A stretch of 38,282 nucleotides of DNA from Nemertoderma westbladi (lineage: Eukaryota > Animalia > Xenacoelomorpha), in the NCBI GenBank assembly GCA_032718475.1, contig JAUCBJ010009122.1, positions 1-38,282 of the forward strand, written 5' to 3'. Below are positions 1 through 13,300 of this stretch, piece after piece (the first letter of the stretch is position 1; every line of letters begins with the position of its first letter). The translations under genes were made by a program, and so were the position numbers. Under the pieces are notes generated by a model. The model worked only from the letters and a program-made list of their open reading frames with translations, searched no databases and had not been told where the DNA came from.

Positions 1-3000
1 GTATGGCAAATTAAGTAAAAACGATAATTAGGACAATTAATGTGGTTAAAAAGAGACAAAATTCAAAATATCACATATCGAGTGTCTCATTAAAATCGTC
101 ATAGCGGTAGTTATATACGGTTCATTAGATCAAGTCAAAGTATTGTCGGATGCAATTATGTTTATTGTCGAAAGATAATGCACTGTTGTCATAGCAATAT
201 TAAAATAAACATAAATAACCAAAGTAAGATTATACAAACTATAACGTGTTCAAAATGGGCCATTATAAGGGTCATAAATTGTTCCATATTATACATGTAA
301 ATTTATAAAATAGCTGTAGGAGGGAACATTGTATGTATTGTTAACTTGTATTTACGGGAAGCAGAGATAGAAAAGAATGGCAAGATATTGATGAGTTGTT
401 TTTGACCCCATTGTACCCCAATGTACCATATACTTATAATATTTATATATAACAAAGCCACTGAAGCTTAATTAAAATTGTTGCTATTTATTTTGTAAAA
501 GTTACTAACTTGTATGAACATCAGTTGGTGTTGGGGTCATTGTTGTATCATCAACTATACCTAAAACACAACCCAAATGTGATTTATAAGAATCTCATTA
601 TATATTTAAAGTATATGTAATACATTAATATTTGTACTTATTCATACTGGAGTATAATGGCAGCAACATTCAGACACCATTCTAAAGTTGGAGCAGAACG
701 GAGTTCAATTTCTAGAGAGTTGAATAGAGGCCAATTGATGGACAATTTGCCATCACTGATTCACAGATTAACCTACAGCAGGCTGAGTGCACAGAAGTAT
801 ACAGTAACGACCATCTGGCAAAGTTCGTCATGATCTGAAACTGGCAGAGGATAATTCCATCCACTTTGCTGTTCACTTTGACACCCTTTGAATTTCTCCT
901 TTTATTTCATAGATGATTTTACAGCTACCATTTACTCTGGAACAACAGTAAACTGTCTGTAGTATTGCTAAGCCTAATATTTTATACAACATCAAATTCT
1001 ATAGCATTCCATGATGCTATACTTTATCAATGAAATACAACAGTAGAATGCAGGAATGAGTCTTCCATTTTATTTATTCATCCTTAAGGTACAGACTGGC
1101 AAAACTACTTATGACCCAGATGCCCACAGATTAAACATGTAGCGGACCAGGCTGGGCAGTTATCCTTAGTAGATAGAATGGATTTTAATGGAATGGTGCA
1201 GGAATTGGAGGATAGTTTTATTCATCTTCAACTCAGAGTTGGAGTGTCGCCATAATAAGTTGCTTCTGGATTATTTATAGGTTGAAACGAGAGTCAGGAA
1301 GTTTGGCAATAGTAAGAATAGATTCAATGCGTTCACTATTTGCTATGGCACAGCTTTGCATACAATCGTGCAAACCACATGCCGGAAGGATCTTTAGATA
1401 TACTTAGTTAATATCTTAGGGTAGTTATTCTTTGATTGTACTTCTTTATACATATTTGCAGAGCACTGGAATAACATTGTACTTGCTTTTGAGCGTCTGA
1501 TAAGTGCCTTAATGTGATGGAACACAAAAAAATATATATTATATAATATAAATTATATAATATTAAAAATAAAATATTACTCTCATGTTATAAATATGAC
1601 CCTTCAGTGGCCTCTGAGCTAAAAAAAGACATTGGGTTTACATATTTTCAATATCCATAAGCTCTTACGATTTCAAGCATTTTACCTCTATGGATGGAGT
1701 CGAATGCCTTCTTGAAGTCCACAAAAGTCATGACTGCGGGGAGATTCTTTGAACTTAATTCCTATACTATAACATAGTTACTATAACAAACTGTAACAAA
1801 TTTATACCTAATTAAAATAACTCCAGTATTCAGCCCCAAAGAACTAATATCATTCATACATACATGTCTAAATTATTGGCCTGCATTTTGGGTAACCTAC
1901 CAGTGACCTAAAATGCCTGTCTAACTTTAGGGGATAATTTAATTTAATTTAATTTGGTCTTAGCCGACAATATAAAAGAGAATTGCACAGTAAATGTTAT
2001 TCACGTATGGCAAATTAAGTAAAAACGATAATTAGGACAATTAATGTGGTTAAAAAGAGACAAAATTCAAAATATCACATATCGAGTGTCTCATTAAAAT
2101 CGTCATAGCGGTAGTTATATACGGTTCATTAGATCAAGTCAAAGTATTGTCGGATGCAATTATGTTTATTGTCGAAAGATATTGCACTGTTGTCATAGCA
2201 ATATTAAAATAAACATAAATAACCAAAGTAAGATTATACAAACTATAACGTGTTCAAAATGGGCCATTATAAGGGTCATAAATTGTTCCATATTATACAT
2301 GTAAATTTATAAAATAGCTGTAGGAGGGAACATTGTATGTATTGTTAACTTGTATTTACGGGAAGCAGAGATAGAAAAGAATGGCAAGATATTGATGAGT
2401 TGTTTTTGACCCCATTCTACCCCAATGTACCATAGACTTATAATATTTATATATAACAAAGCCACTGAAGCTTAATTAAAATTGTTGCTATTTATTTTGT
2501 AAAAGGTACTAACTTGTATGAACATCAGTTGGTGTTGGGGTCATTGTTGTGTCATCAACTATACCTAAAACACAACCCAAATGTGATTTATATGAATCTC
2601 ATTATATATTTACAGTACATTTAATACATTAATATTTGTACTTATTCATACTGGAGTATAATGGCAGCAACATTCAGACACCATTCTAAAGTTGGAGCAG
2701 AAGAGATTTCAATTTCTAGAGAGTTGAATTGAGGCCAATTGATGGACAATTGGCCATCACTGATTCACAGATTGACCTACAGCAGGCTGAGTGCACAGAA
2801 GTATACAGTAACGACCATCTGGCAAAGTTCGTCATGATCTGAAACTGGCAGAGGATAATTCCATCCACTTTGCTGTTGACTTTGACACCCTTTGAATTTC
2901 TCCTTTTATTTCATAGATGATTTTACAGCTACCATTTACTCTGGAACAACAGTAAACTGTCTGTAGTATTGCTAAGCCTAATATTTTATACAACATCAAA

Positions 3001-3657
3001 TTCTATAGCATTCCATGATGCTATACTTTATCAATGAAATACAACAGTAGAATGCAGGAATGAGTCTTCCATTTTATTTATTCATCCTTAAGGTACAGAC
3101 TGGCAAAACTACTTATGACCCAGATGCCCACAGATTAAACATGTAGCGGACCAGGCTGGGCAGTTATCCTTAGTAGATAGAATGCATTTTAATGGAATGG
3201 TGCAGGAATTGGAGGATAGTTTTATTCATCTTCAACTCAGAGTTGGATTGTCGCCATAATAAGTTGCTTCTGGATTATTTATAGGTTGAAACGAGAGTCA
3301 GGAAGTTTGGCAATAGTAAGAATAGATTCAATGCGTTCACTATTTGCTATGGCACAGCTTTGCATACAATCGTGCAAACCACATGCCGGAAGGATCTTTA
3401 GATATACTTAGTTAATATCTTAGGGTAGTTATTCTTTGATTGTACTTCTTTATACATATTTGCAGAGCACTGGAATAACATTGTACTTGCTTTTGAGCGT
3501 CTGATAAGTGCCTTAATGTGATGGAACACAAAAAAATATATATTATATAATATAAATTATATAATATTAAAAATAAAATATTACTCTCATGTTATAAATA
3601 TGACCCTTCAGTGGCCTCTGAGCTAAAAAAAGACATTGGGTTTACATATTTTCAATA

Positions 3658-3765
3658 TCCATAAGCTCTTACGATTTCAAGCATTTTACCTCTATGGATG
3701 GAGTCGAATGCCTTCTTGAAGTCCACAAAAGTCATGACTGCGGGGAGATTCTTTGACTTAATTCC
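3658..3765 (-). pseudogene. RTE-clade LINE reverse-transcriptase fragment present in each array unit (example copy; also 1654-1762 and equivalents)
   Basis: Minus strand reads GIKSKNLPAVMTFVDFKKAFDSIHRGKMLEIVRAYG. This is the D-x-x-K-A-F-D motif of non-LTR RTs and is colinear with HLAVIFVDFFKAFDSVSRSRMFSILSLYG at ~28667-28753. Confidence 0.9.
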
Positions 3766-6012
3766 TATACTATAACATAGTTACTATAACAAACTGTAAC
3801 AAATTTATACCTAATTAAAATAACTCCAGTATTCAGCCCCAAAGAACTAATATCATTCATACATACATGTCTAAATTATTGGCCTGCATTTTGGGTAACC
3901 TACCAGTGACCTAAAATGCCTGTCTAACTTTAGGGGATAATTTAATTTAATTTAATTTGGTCTTAGCCGACAATATAAAAGAGAATTGCACAGTAAATGT
4001 TATTCACGTATGGCAAATTAAGTAAAAACGATAATTAGGACAATTAATGTGGTTAAAAAGAGACAAAATTCAAAATATCACATATCGAGTGTCTCATTAA
4101 AATCGTCATAGCGGTAGTTATATACGGTTCATTAGATCAAGTCAAAGTATTGTCGGATGCAATTATGTTTATTGTCGAAAGATATTGCACTGTTGTCATA
4201 GCAATATTAAAATAAACATAAATAACCAAAGTAAGATTATACAAACTATAACGTGTTCAAAATGGGCCATTATAAGGGTCATAAATTGTTCCATATTATA
4301 CATGTAAATTTATAAAATAGCTGTAGGAGGGAACATTGTATGTATTGTTAACTTGTATTTACGGGAAGCAGAGATAGAAAAGAATGGCAAGATATTGATG
4401 AGTTGTTTTTGACCCCATTCTACCCCAATGTACCATAGACTTATAATATTTATATATAACAAAGCCACTGAAGCTTAATTAAAATTGTTGCTATTTATTT
4501 TGTAAAAGGTACTAACTTGTATGAACATCAGTTGGTGTTGGGGTCATTGTTGTGTCATCAACTATACCTAAAACACAACCCAAATGTGATTTATATGAAT
4601 CTCATTATATATTTACAGTACATTTAATACATTAATATTTGTACTTATTCATACTGGAGTATAATGGCAGCAACATTCAGACACCATTCTAAAGTTGGAG
4701 CAGAAGAGATTTCAATTTCTAGAGAGTTGAATTGAGGCCAATTGATGGACAATTGGCCATCACTGATTCACAGATTGACCTACAGCAGGCTGAGTGCACA
4801 GAAGTATACAGTAACGACCATCTGGCAAAGTTCGTCATGATCTGAAACTGGCAGAGGATAATTCCATCCACTTTGCTGTTGACTTTGACACCCTTTGAAT
4901 TTCTCCTTTTATTTCATAGATGATTTTACAGCTACCATTTACTCTGGAACAACAGTAAACTGTCTGTAGTATTGCTAAGCCTAATATTTTATACAACATC
5001 AAATTCTATAGCATTCCATGATGCTATACTTTATCAATGAAATACAACAGTAGAATGCAGCAATGAGTCTTCCATTTTATTTATTCATCCTTAAGGTACA
5101 GACTGGCAAAACTACTTATGACCCAGATGCCCACAGATTAAAAACATGTAGCGGACCAGGCTGGGCAGTTATCCTTAGTAGATAGAATGCATTTTAATGG
5201 AATGGTGCAGGAATTGGAGGATAGTTTTATTCATCTTCAACTCAGAGTTGGATTGTCGCCATAATAAGTTGCTTCTGGATTATTTATAGGTTGAAACGAG
5301 AGTCAGGAAGTTTGGCAATAGTAAGAATAGATTCAATGCGTTCACTATTTGCTATGGCACAGCTTTGCATACAATCGTGCAAACCACATGCCGGAAGGAT
5401 CTTTAGATATACTTAGTTAATATCTTAGGGTAGTTATTCTTTGATTGTACTTCTTTATACATATTTGCAGAGCACTGGAATAACATTGTACTTGCTTTTG
5501 AGCGTCTGATAAGTGCCTTAATGTGATGGAACACAAAAAAATATATATTATATAATATAAATTATATAATATTAAAAATAAAATATTACTCTCATATTAT
5601 AAATATGACCCTTCAGTGGCCTCTGAGCTAAAAAAAGATATTGGGTTTACATATTTTCAATATCCATAAGCTCTTACGATTTCAAGCATTTTACCTCTAT
5701 GGATGGAGTCGAATGCCTTCTTGAAGTCCACAAAAGTCATGACTACGGGGATATTCTTTAACTTAATTCCTATACTATAACATAGTTACTATAACAAACT
5801 GTAACAAATTTATACCTAATTAAAATAACTCCAGTATTCAGCCCCAAAGAACTAATATCATTCATACATACATGTCTAAATTATTGGCCTGCATTTTGGG
5901 TAACCTACCAGTGACCTAAAATGCCTGTCTAACTTTAGGGGATAATTCAATTTAATTTAATTTGGTCTTAGCCGACAATATAAAAGATAATTGCACAGTA
6001 AATGTTATTCAC

Positions 6013-7035
6013 GTATGGCAAATTAAGTAAAAACGATAATTAGGACAATTAATGTGGTTAAAAAGAGACAAAATTCAAAATATCACATATCGAGTGTCTC
6101 ATTAAAATCGTCATAGCGGTAGTTATATACGGTTCATTAGATCAAGTCAAAGTATTGTCGGATGCAATTATGTTTATTGTCGAAAGATATTGCACTGTTG
6201 TCATAGCAATATTAAAATAAACATAAATAACCAAAGTAAGATTATACAAACTATAACGTGTTCAAAATGGGCCATTATAAGGGTCATAAATTGTTCCATA
6301 TTATACATGTAAATTTATAAAATAGCTGTAGGAGGGAACATTGTATGTATTGTTAACTTGTATTTACGGGAAGCAGAGATAGAAAAGAATGGCAAGATAT
6401 TGATGAGTTGTTTTTGACCCCATTCTACCCCAATGTACCATAGACTTATAATATTTATATATAACAAAGCCACTGAAGCTTAATTAAAATTGTTGCTATT
6501 TATTTTGTAAAAGGTACTAACTTGTATGAACATCAGTTGGTGTTGGGGTCATTGTTGTGTCATCAACTATACCTAAAACACAACCCAAATGTGATTTATA
6601 TGAATCTCATTATATATTTACAGTACATTTAATACATTAATATTTGTACTTATTCATACTGGAGTATAATGGCAGCAACATTCAGACACCATTCTAAAGT
6701 CTATGGACTCTATACACCTCTATGGATGGAGTCGAATGCCTTCTTGAAGTCCACAAAAGTCATGACTACGGGGAGATTCTTTGACTTAATTCCTATACTA
6801 TAACATAGTTACTATAACAAACTGTAACAAATTTATACCTAATTAAAATAACTCCAGTATTCAGCCCCAAAGAACTAATATCATTCATACATACATGTCT
6901 AAATTATTGGCCTGCATTTTGGGTAACCTACCAGTGACCTAAAATGCCTGTCTAACTTTAGGGGATAATTTAATTTAATTTAATTTGGTCTTAGCCGACA
7001 ATATAAAAGAGAATTGCACAGTATATGTTATTCAC
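6013..7035. repeat. Internally deleted array unit (1023 bp; ~995 bp lost, 15-bp filler)
   Basis: ...ATTCTAAAGT (6700) is joined through CTATGGACTCTATAC to ACCTCTATGGATGG (6716). These flanks lie ~1 kb apart in intact units. Confidence 0.95.
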
Positions 7036-9487
7036 GTATGGCAAATTAAGTAAAAACGATAATTAGGACAATTAACGTGGTTAAAAAGAGACAAAATTCA
7101 AAATATCACATATCGAATGTCTCATTAAAATCGTCATAGCGGTAGTTATATACGGTTCATTAGATCAAGTCAAAGTATTGTCGGATGCAATTATGTTTAT
7201 TGTCGAAAGATATTGCACTGTTGTCATAGCAATATTAAAATAAACATAAATAACCAAAGTAAGATTATACAAACTATAACGTGTTCAAAATGGGCCATTA
7301 TAAGGGTCATAAATTGTTCCATATTATACATGTAAATTTATAAAATAGCTGTAGGAGGGAACATTGTATGTATTGTTAACTTGTATTTACGGGAAGCAGA
7401 GATAGGAAAGAATGGCAAGATATTGATGGGTTGTTTTTGACCCCATTCTACCCCAATGTACCATAGACTTATAATATTTATATATAACAAAGCCACTGAA
7501 GCTTAATTAAAATTGTTGCTATTTATTTTGTAAAAGTTACTAACTTGTATGAACATCAGTTGGTGTTGGGGTCATTGTTGTGTCATCAACTATACCTAAA
7601 ACACAACCCAAATGTGATTTATATGAATCTCATTATATATTTACAGTACATTTAATACATTAATATTTGAACTATTCATACTGGAGTATAATGGCAGCAA
7701 CATTCAGACACCATTCTAAAGTTGGAGCAGAAGAGATTTCAATTTCTAGAGAGTTGAATTGAGGCCAATTGATGGACAATTGGCCATCACTGATTCACAA
7801 CAGATTGACCTACAGCAGGCTGAGTGCACAGAAGTATACCGTAACGACCATCTGGCAAAGTTCGTCATGATCTGAAACTGGCAGAGTATAATTCCATCCA
7901 CTTTGCTGTTGACTTTGACACCCTTTGAATTTCTCATTTTATTTCATAGATGATTTTACAGCTACCATTTACTCTGGAACAACAGTAAACTGTCTGTAGT
8001 ATTGCTAAGCCTAATATTTTATACAACATCAAATTCTATAGCATTCCATGATGCTATACTTTATCAATGAAATACAACAGTAGAATGCAGGAATGAGTCT
8101 TCCATTTTATTTATTCATCCTTAAGGTACAGACTGGCAAAACTACTTATGACCCAGATGCCCACAGATTAAACATGTAGCGGACCAGGCTGGGCAGTTAT
8201 CCTTAGTAGATAGAATGCATTTTAATGGAATGGTGCAGGAATTGGAGGATAGTTTTATTCATCTTCAACTCAGAGTTGGATTGTCGCCATAATAAGTTGC
8301 TTCTGGATTATTTATAGGTTGAAACGAGAGTCAGGAAGTTTGGCAATAGTAAGAATAGATTCAATGCGTTCACTATTTGCTATGGCACAGCTTTGCATAC
8401 AATCGTGCAAACCACATGCCGGAAGGATCTTTAGATATACTTAGTTAATATCTTAGGGTAGTTATTCTTTGATTGTACTTCTTTATACATATTTGCAGAG
8501 CACTGGAATAACATTGTACTTGCTTTTGAGCGTCTGATAAGTGCCTTAATGTGATGGAACACAAAAAAATATATATTATATAATATAAATTATATAATAT
8601 TAAAAATAAAATATTACTCTCATGTTATAAATATGACCCTTCAGTGGCCTCTGAGCTAAAAAAAGACATTGGGTTTACATATTTTCAATATCCATAAGCT
8701 CTTACGATTTCAAGCATTTTACCTCTATGGATGGAGTCGAATGCCTTCTTGAAGTCCACAAAAGTCATGACTACGGGGAGATTCTTTGACTTAATTCCTA
8801 TACTATAACATAGTTACTATAACAAACTGTAACAAATTTATACCTAATTAAAATAACTCCAGTATTCAGCCCCAAAGAACTAATATCATTCATACATACA
8901 TGTCTAAATTATTGGCCTGCATTTTGGGTAACCTACCAGTGACCTAAAATGCCTGTCTAACTTTAGGGGATAATTTAATTTAATTTAATTTGGTCTTAGC
9001 CGACAATATAAAAGAGAATTGCACAGTATATGTTATTCACGTATGGCAAATTAAGTAAAAACGATAATTAGGACAATTAACGTGGTTAAAAAGAGACAAA
9101 ATTCAAAATATCACATATCGAATGTCTCATTAAAATCGTCATAGCGGTAGTTATATACGGTTCATTAGATCAAGTCAAAGTATTGTCGGATGCAATTATG
9201 TTTATTGTCGAAAGATATTGCACTGTTGTCATAGCAATATTAACATAAACATAAATAACCAAAGTAAGATTATACAAACTATAACGTGTTCAAAATGGGC
9301 CATTATAAGGGTCATAAATTGTTCCATATTATACATGTAAATTTATAAAATAGCTGTAGGAGGGAACATTGTATGTATTGTTAACTTGTATTTACGGGAA
9401 GCAGAGATAGGAAAGAATGGCAAGATATTGATGGGTTGTTTTTGACCCCATTCTACCCCAATGTACCATAGACTTATAATATTTATA

Positions 9488-10328
9488 TGTGGCTGGCCAC
9501 GAGAAAAGGGACCTTATGTCGCAAAACGTGATTCTGAGATAATCGCGTTTAAAGTTTCCCTCTATTTTTGAACAAATTTAATTGGATTATCAATTTAGAA
9601 ATGTATAAAACGATGAGGGAAATTCAAATTGGTTCTGATATTCAAGATACCTAGGAAATAACTAATTACAGGAAGCAATATAAGATGTTGCAGTATTCTA
9701 TATCCCACTGTTTTAGGGTTTTCATGTCTGAATTTAGGACTAATAAATTGTAATTCTACTACTGTATTATGTAGGTAGTGTAGGCCTACAGTTATTTTTT
9801 AAATGCAATATGGCTGTCATTTTCTTAATTTATCTTCGTTAGTTCTTAAATTTTGTAATCCCAATAAAGAATTCAAAATACAAATAATTTTAAATTTTGT
9901 TAAACAAATTAATCTTTTTGAAAAAATTTTAAATTAAAAAAAATTTTTTTTTGGATATATGTTTTTTTTTTAAATTTTGCAAAATTTTTGTTAAAATAGT
10001 TCATGAACAATATTAGTTTCAAATTGTTAAAAGTTGTCTAAAAAGCCGAATAACATTGAGCTGCCTAACTATATAGTAAGAATCGCTATGATATTATTAA
10101 TATTTTCAATTTTTTTTAATAATCGCTTATTATAACCGCTGCTATTAATAAAATTTTTTTTGCAACCCGATTCACCTTGACATAAATCGCTATAACATTT
10201 TTTTGGAAATAGATATTGAGACACTGTTTTTTTTGTTAAAATCTCTGGAAAATTCTGCATCTCATAGGCCTAATAACTCAAAATCGACCTCCGGTGACAT
10301 AAGGTCCCTTTTCTCGTGGCCAGCCACA
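9488..10328. mobile_element. Non-autonomous TIR DNA transposon (MITE), ~840 bp
   Basis: Perfect 33-bp TIRs TGTGGCTGGCCACGAGAAAAGGGACCTTATGTC (9488-9520 and 10296-10328). Other units show the empty site ATTTATATATAACAAAG, giving a TSD of TA (or ATAT if the ends are GTGG..CCAC). The interior is AT-rich and non-coding. Confidence 0.95.
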
Positions 10329-13300
10329 TATATAACAAAGCCACTGAAGCTTAATTAAAATTGTTGCTATTTATTTTGTAAAAGTTACTAACTTGTATGA
10401 ACATCAGTTGGTGTTGGGGTCATTGTTGTGTCATCAACTATACCTAAAACACAACCCAAATGTGATTTATATGAATCTCATTATATATTTACAGTACATT
10501 TAATACATTAATATTTGAACTATTCATACTGGAGTATAATGGCAGCAACATTCAGACACCATTCTAAAGTTGGAGCAGAAGAGATTTCCATTTCTAGAGA
10601 GTTGAATTGAGGCCAATTGATGGACAATTGGCCATCACTGATTCACAACAGATTGACCTACAGCAGGCTGAGTGCACAGAAGTATACCGTAACGACCATC
10701 TGGCAAAGTTTGTCATGATCTGAAACTGGCAGAGTATAATTCCATCCACTTTGCTGTTGACTTTGACACCCTTTGAATTTCTCATTTTATTTCATAGATG
10801 ATTTTACAGCTACCATTTACTCTGGAACAACAGTAAACTGTCTGTAGTATTGCTAAGCCTAATATTTTATACAACATCAAATTCTATAGCATTCCATGAT
10901 GCTATACTTTATCAATGAAATACAACAGTAGGATGCAGGAATGAGTCTTCCATTTTATTTATTCATCCTTAAGGTACAGACTGGCAAAACTACTTTTGAC
11001 CCAGATGCCCACAGATTAAACATGTAGCGGACCAGGCTGGGCAGTTATCCTTAGTAGATAGAATGCATTTTAATGGAATGGTGCAGGAATTGGAGGATAG
11101 TTTATTCATCTTCAACTCAGAGTTGGATTGTCGCCATAATAAGTTGCTTCTGGATTATTTATAGGTTGAAACGAGAGTCAGGAAGTTTGGCAATAGTAAG
11201 AATAGATTCAATGCGTTCACTATTTGCTATGGCACAGCTTTGCATACAATCGTGCAAACCACATGCCGGAAGGATCTTTAGATATACTTAGTTAATATCT
11301 TAGGGTAGTTATTCTTTGATTGAACTTCTTTATACATATTTGCAGAGCACTGGAATAACATTGTACTTGCTTTTGAGCGTCTGATAAGTGCCTTAATGTG
11401 ATGGAACACAAAAAAATATATATTATATAATATAAATTATATAATATTAAAAATAAAATATTACTCTCATGTTATAAATATCACCCTTCAGTGGCCTCTG
11501 AGCTAAAAAAAGACATTGGGTTTACATATTTTCAATATCCATAAGATCTTACGATTTCAAGCATTTTACCTCTATGGATGGAGTCGAATGCCTTCTTGAA
11601 GTCGACAAAAGTCATGACTACGGGGAGATTCTTTGACTTAATTCCTATACTATAACATAGTTACTATAACAAACTGTAACAAATTTATACCTAATTAAAA
11701 TAACTCCAGTATTCAGCCCCAAAGAACTAATATCATTCATACATACATGTCTAAATTATTGGCCTGCATTTTGGGTAACCTACCAGTGACCTAAAATGCC
11801 TGTCTAACTTTAGGGGATAATTTAATTTAATTTAATTTGGTATTAGCCGACAATATAAAAGAGAATTGCACAGTATATGCTATTCACGTATGGCAAATTA
11901 AGTAAAAACGATAATTAGGACAATTAACGTGGTTAAAAAGAGACAAAATTCAAAATATCATATATCGAATGTCTCATTAAAATCGTCATAGCGGTAGTTA
12001 TATACGGTTCATTAGATCAAGTCAAAGTATTGTCGGATGCAATTATGTTTGTCGAAAGATATTGCACTGTTGTCATAGCAATATTAACATAAACATAAAT
12101 AACCAAAGTAAGATTATACAAACTATAACGTGTTAAAAATGGGCCATTATAAGGGTCATAAATTGTTCCATATTATACATGTAAATTTATAAAATAGCTG
12201 TAGGAGGGAACATTGTATGTATTGTTAACTTGTATTTACGGGAAGCAGAGATAGAAAAGAATGGCAAGATATAGATGGGTTGTTTTTGACCCTATTGTAC
12301 CCCAATGTACCATATACTTATAATATTTATATATAACAAAGCCACTGAAGCTTAATTAAAATTGTTGCTATTTATTTTGTAAAAGTTACTAACTTGTATG
12401 AACATCAGTTGGTGTTGGGGTCATTGTTGTATCATCAACTATACCTAAAACACAACTCAAATGTGATTTATATGAATCTCTATTATATATTTAAAGTATA
12501 TTTAATACATTAATATTTGTACTTATTCATACTGGAGTATAATGGCAGCAACATTCAGACACCATTCTAAAGTTGGAGCAGAAGAGATTTCAATTTGTAG
12601 AGAGTTGAATTGAGGCCAATTGATGGACAATTGGCCATCACTGATTCACAGATTGACCTACAGCAGGCTGAGTGCACAGAAGTATACCGTAACGACCATC
12701 TGGCAAAGTTCGTCATGATCTGAAACTGGCAGAGTATAATTCCATCCACTTTGCTGTTGACTTTGACACCCTTTGAATTTCTCATTTTATTTCATAGATG
12801 ATTTTACAGCTACCATTTACTCTGGAACAACAGTAAACTGTCTGTAGTATTGCCAAGCCTAATATTTTATACAACATCAAATTCTATAGCATTCCATGAT
12901 GCTATACTTTATCAATGAAATACAACAGTAGAATGCAGGAATGAGTCTTCTATTTTATTTATTCATCCTTAAGGTACAGACTGGCAAAACTACTTATGAC
13001 CCAGATGCCCAAAGATTAAACATGTAGCGGACCAGGCTGGGCAGTTATCCTTAGTAGATAGAATGCATTTTAATGGAATGGTGCAGGAATTGGAGGATAG
13101 TTTCATTCATCTTCAAATCAGAGTTGGATTGTCGCCATAATAAGTTGCTTCTGGATTATTTATAGGTTGAAACGAGAGTCAGGAAGTTTGGCAATAGTAA
13201 GAATAGATTAAATGCGTTCACTATTTGCTATGGCACAGCTTTGCATACAATCGTGCAAACCACATGCCGGAAGGATCTTTAGATATACTTAGTTAATATC

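Noticed and set aside
125-143. TTAGATCAAGTCAAAGTAT resembling U2 snRNA (AAGATCAAGTGTAGTA)
   Set aside because: The branch-pairing GTAGTA and the U2 5' stem are absent; a short chance match.
1138-1175. CSGPGWAVILSR resembling the fibrinogen-domain GWTVIQRR motif
   Set aside because: Flanked by stops, with no other motif of the domain.
1640-1670. Helitron rolling-circle origin for the 2-kb array
   Set aside because: No TC..CTRR termini or subterminal GC hairpin at the unit junction on either strand.
7746-7937. Repeated 63-aa ORF MRNSKGVKVNSK.. (also 10594, 12567, 16592, 20379, 22312)
   Set aside because: It recurs only because of the array. The ATG is absent and the frame is shifted in other units, and I recognise no domain.
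10069-10260. ORF inside the MITE as a transposase remnant
   Set aside because: Short, AT-rich and low-complexity, with no DDE-type motifs.
11073-11291. 72-aa ORF with a hydrophobic stretch
   Set aside because: Open only in this unit because of a 1-bp deletion (GATAGTTTATTC vs GATAGTTTTATTC).
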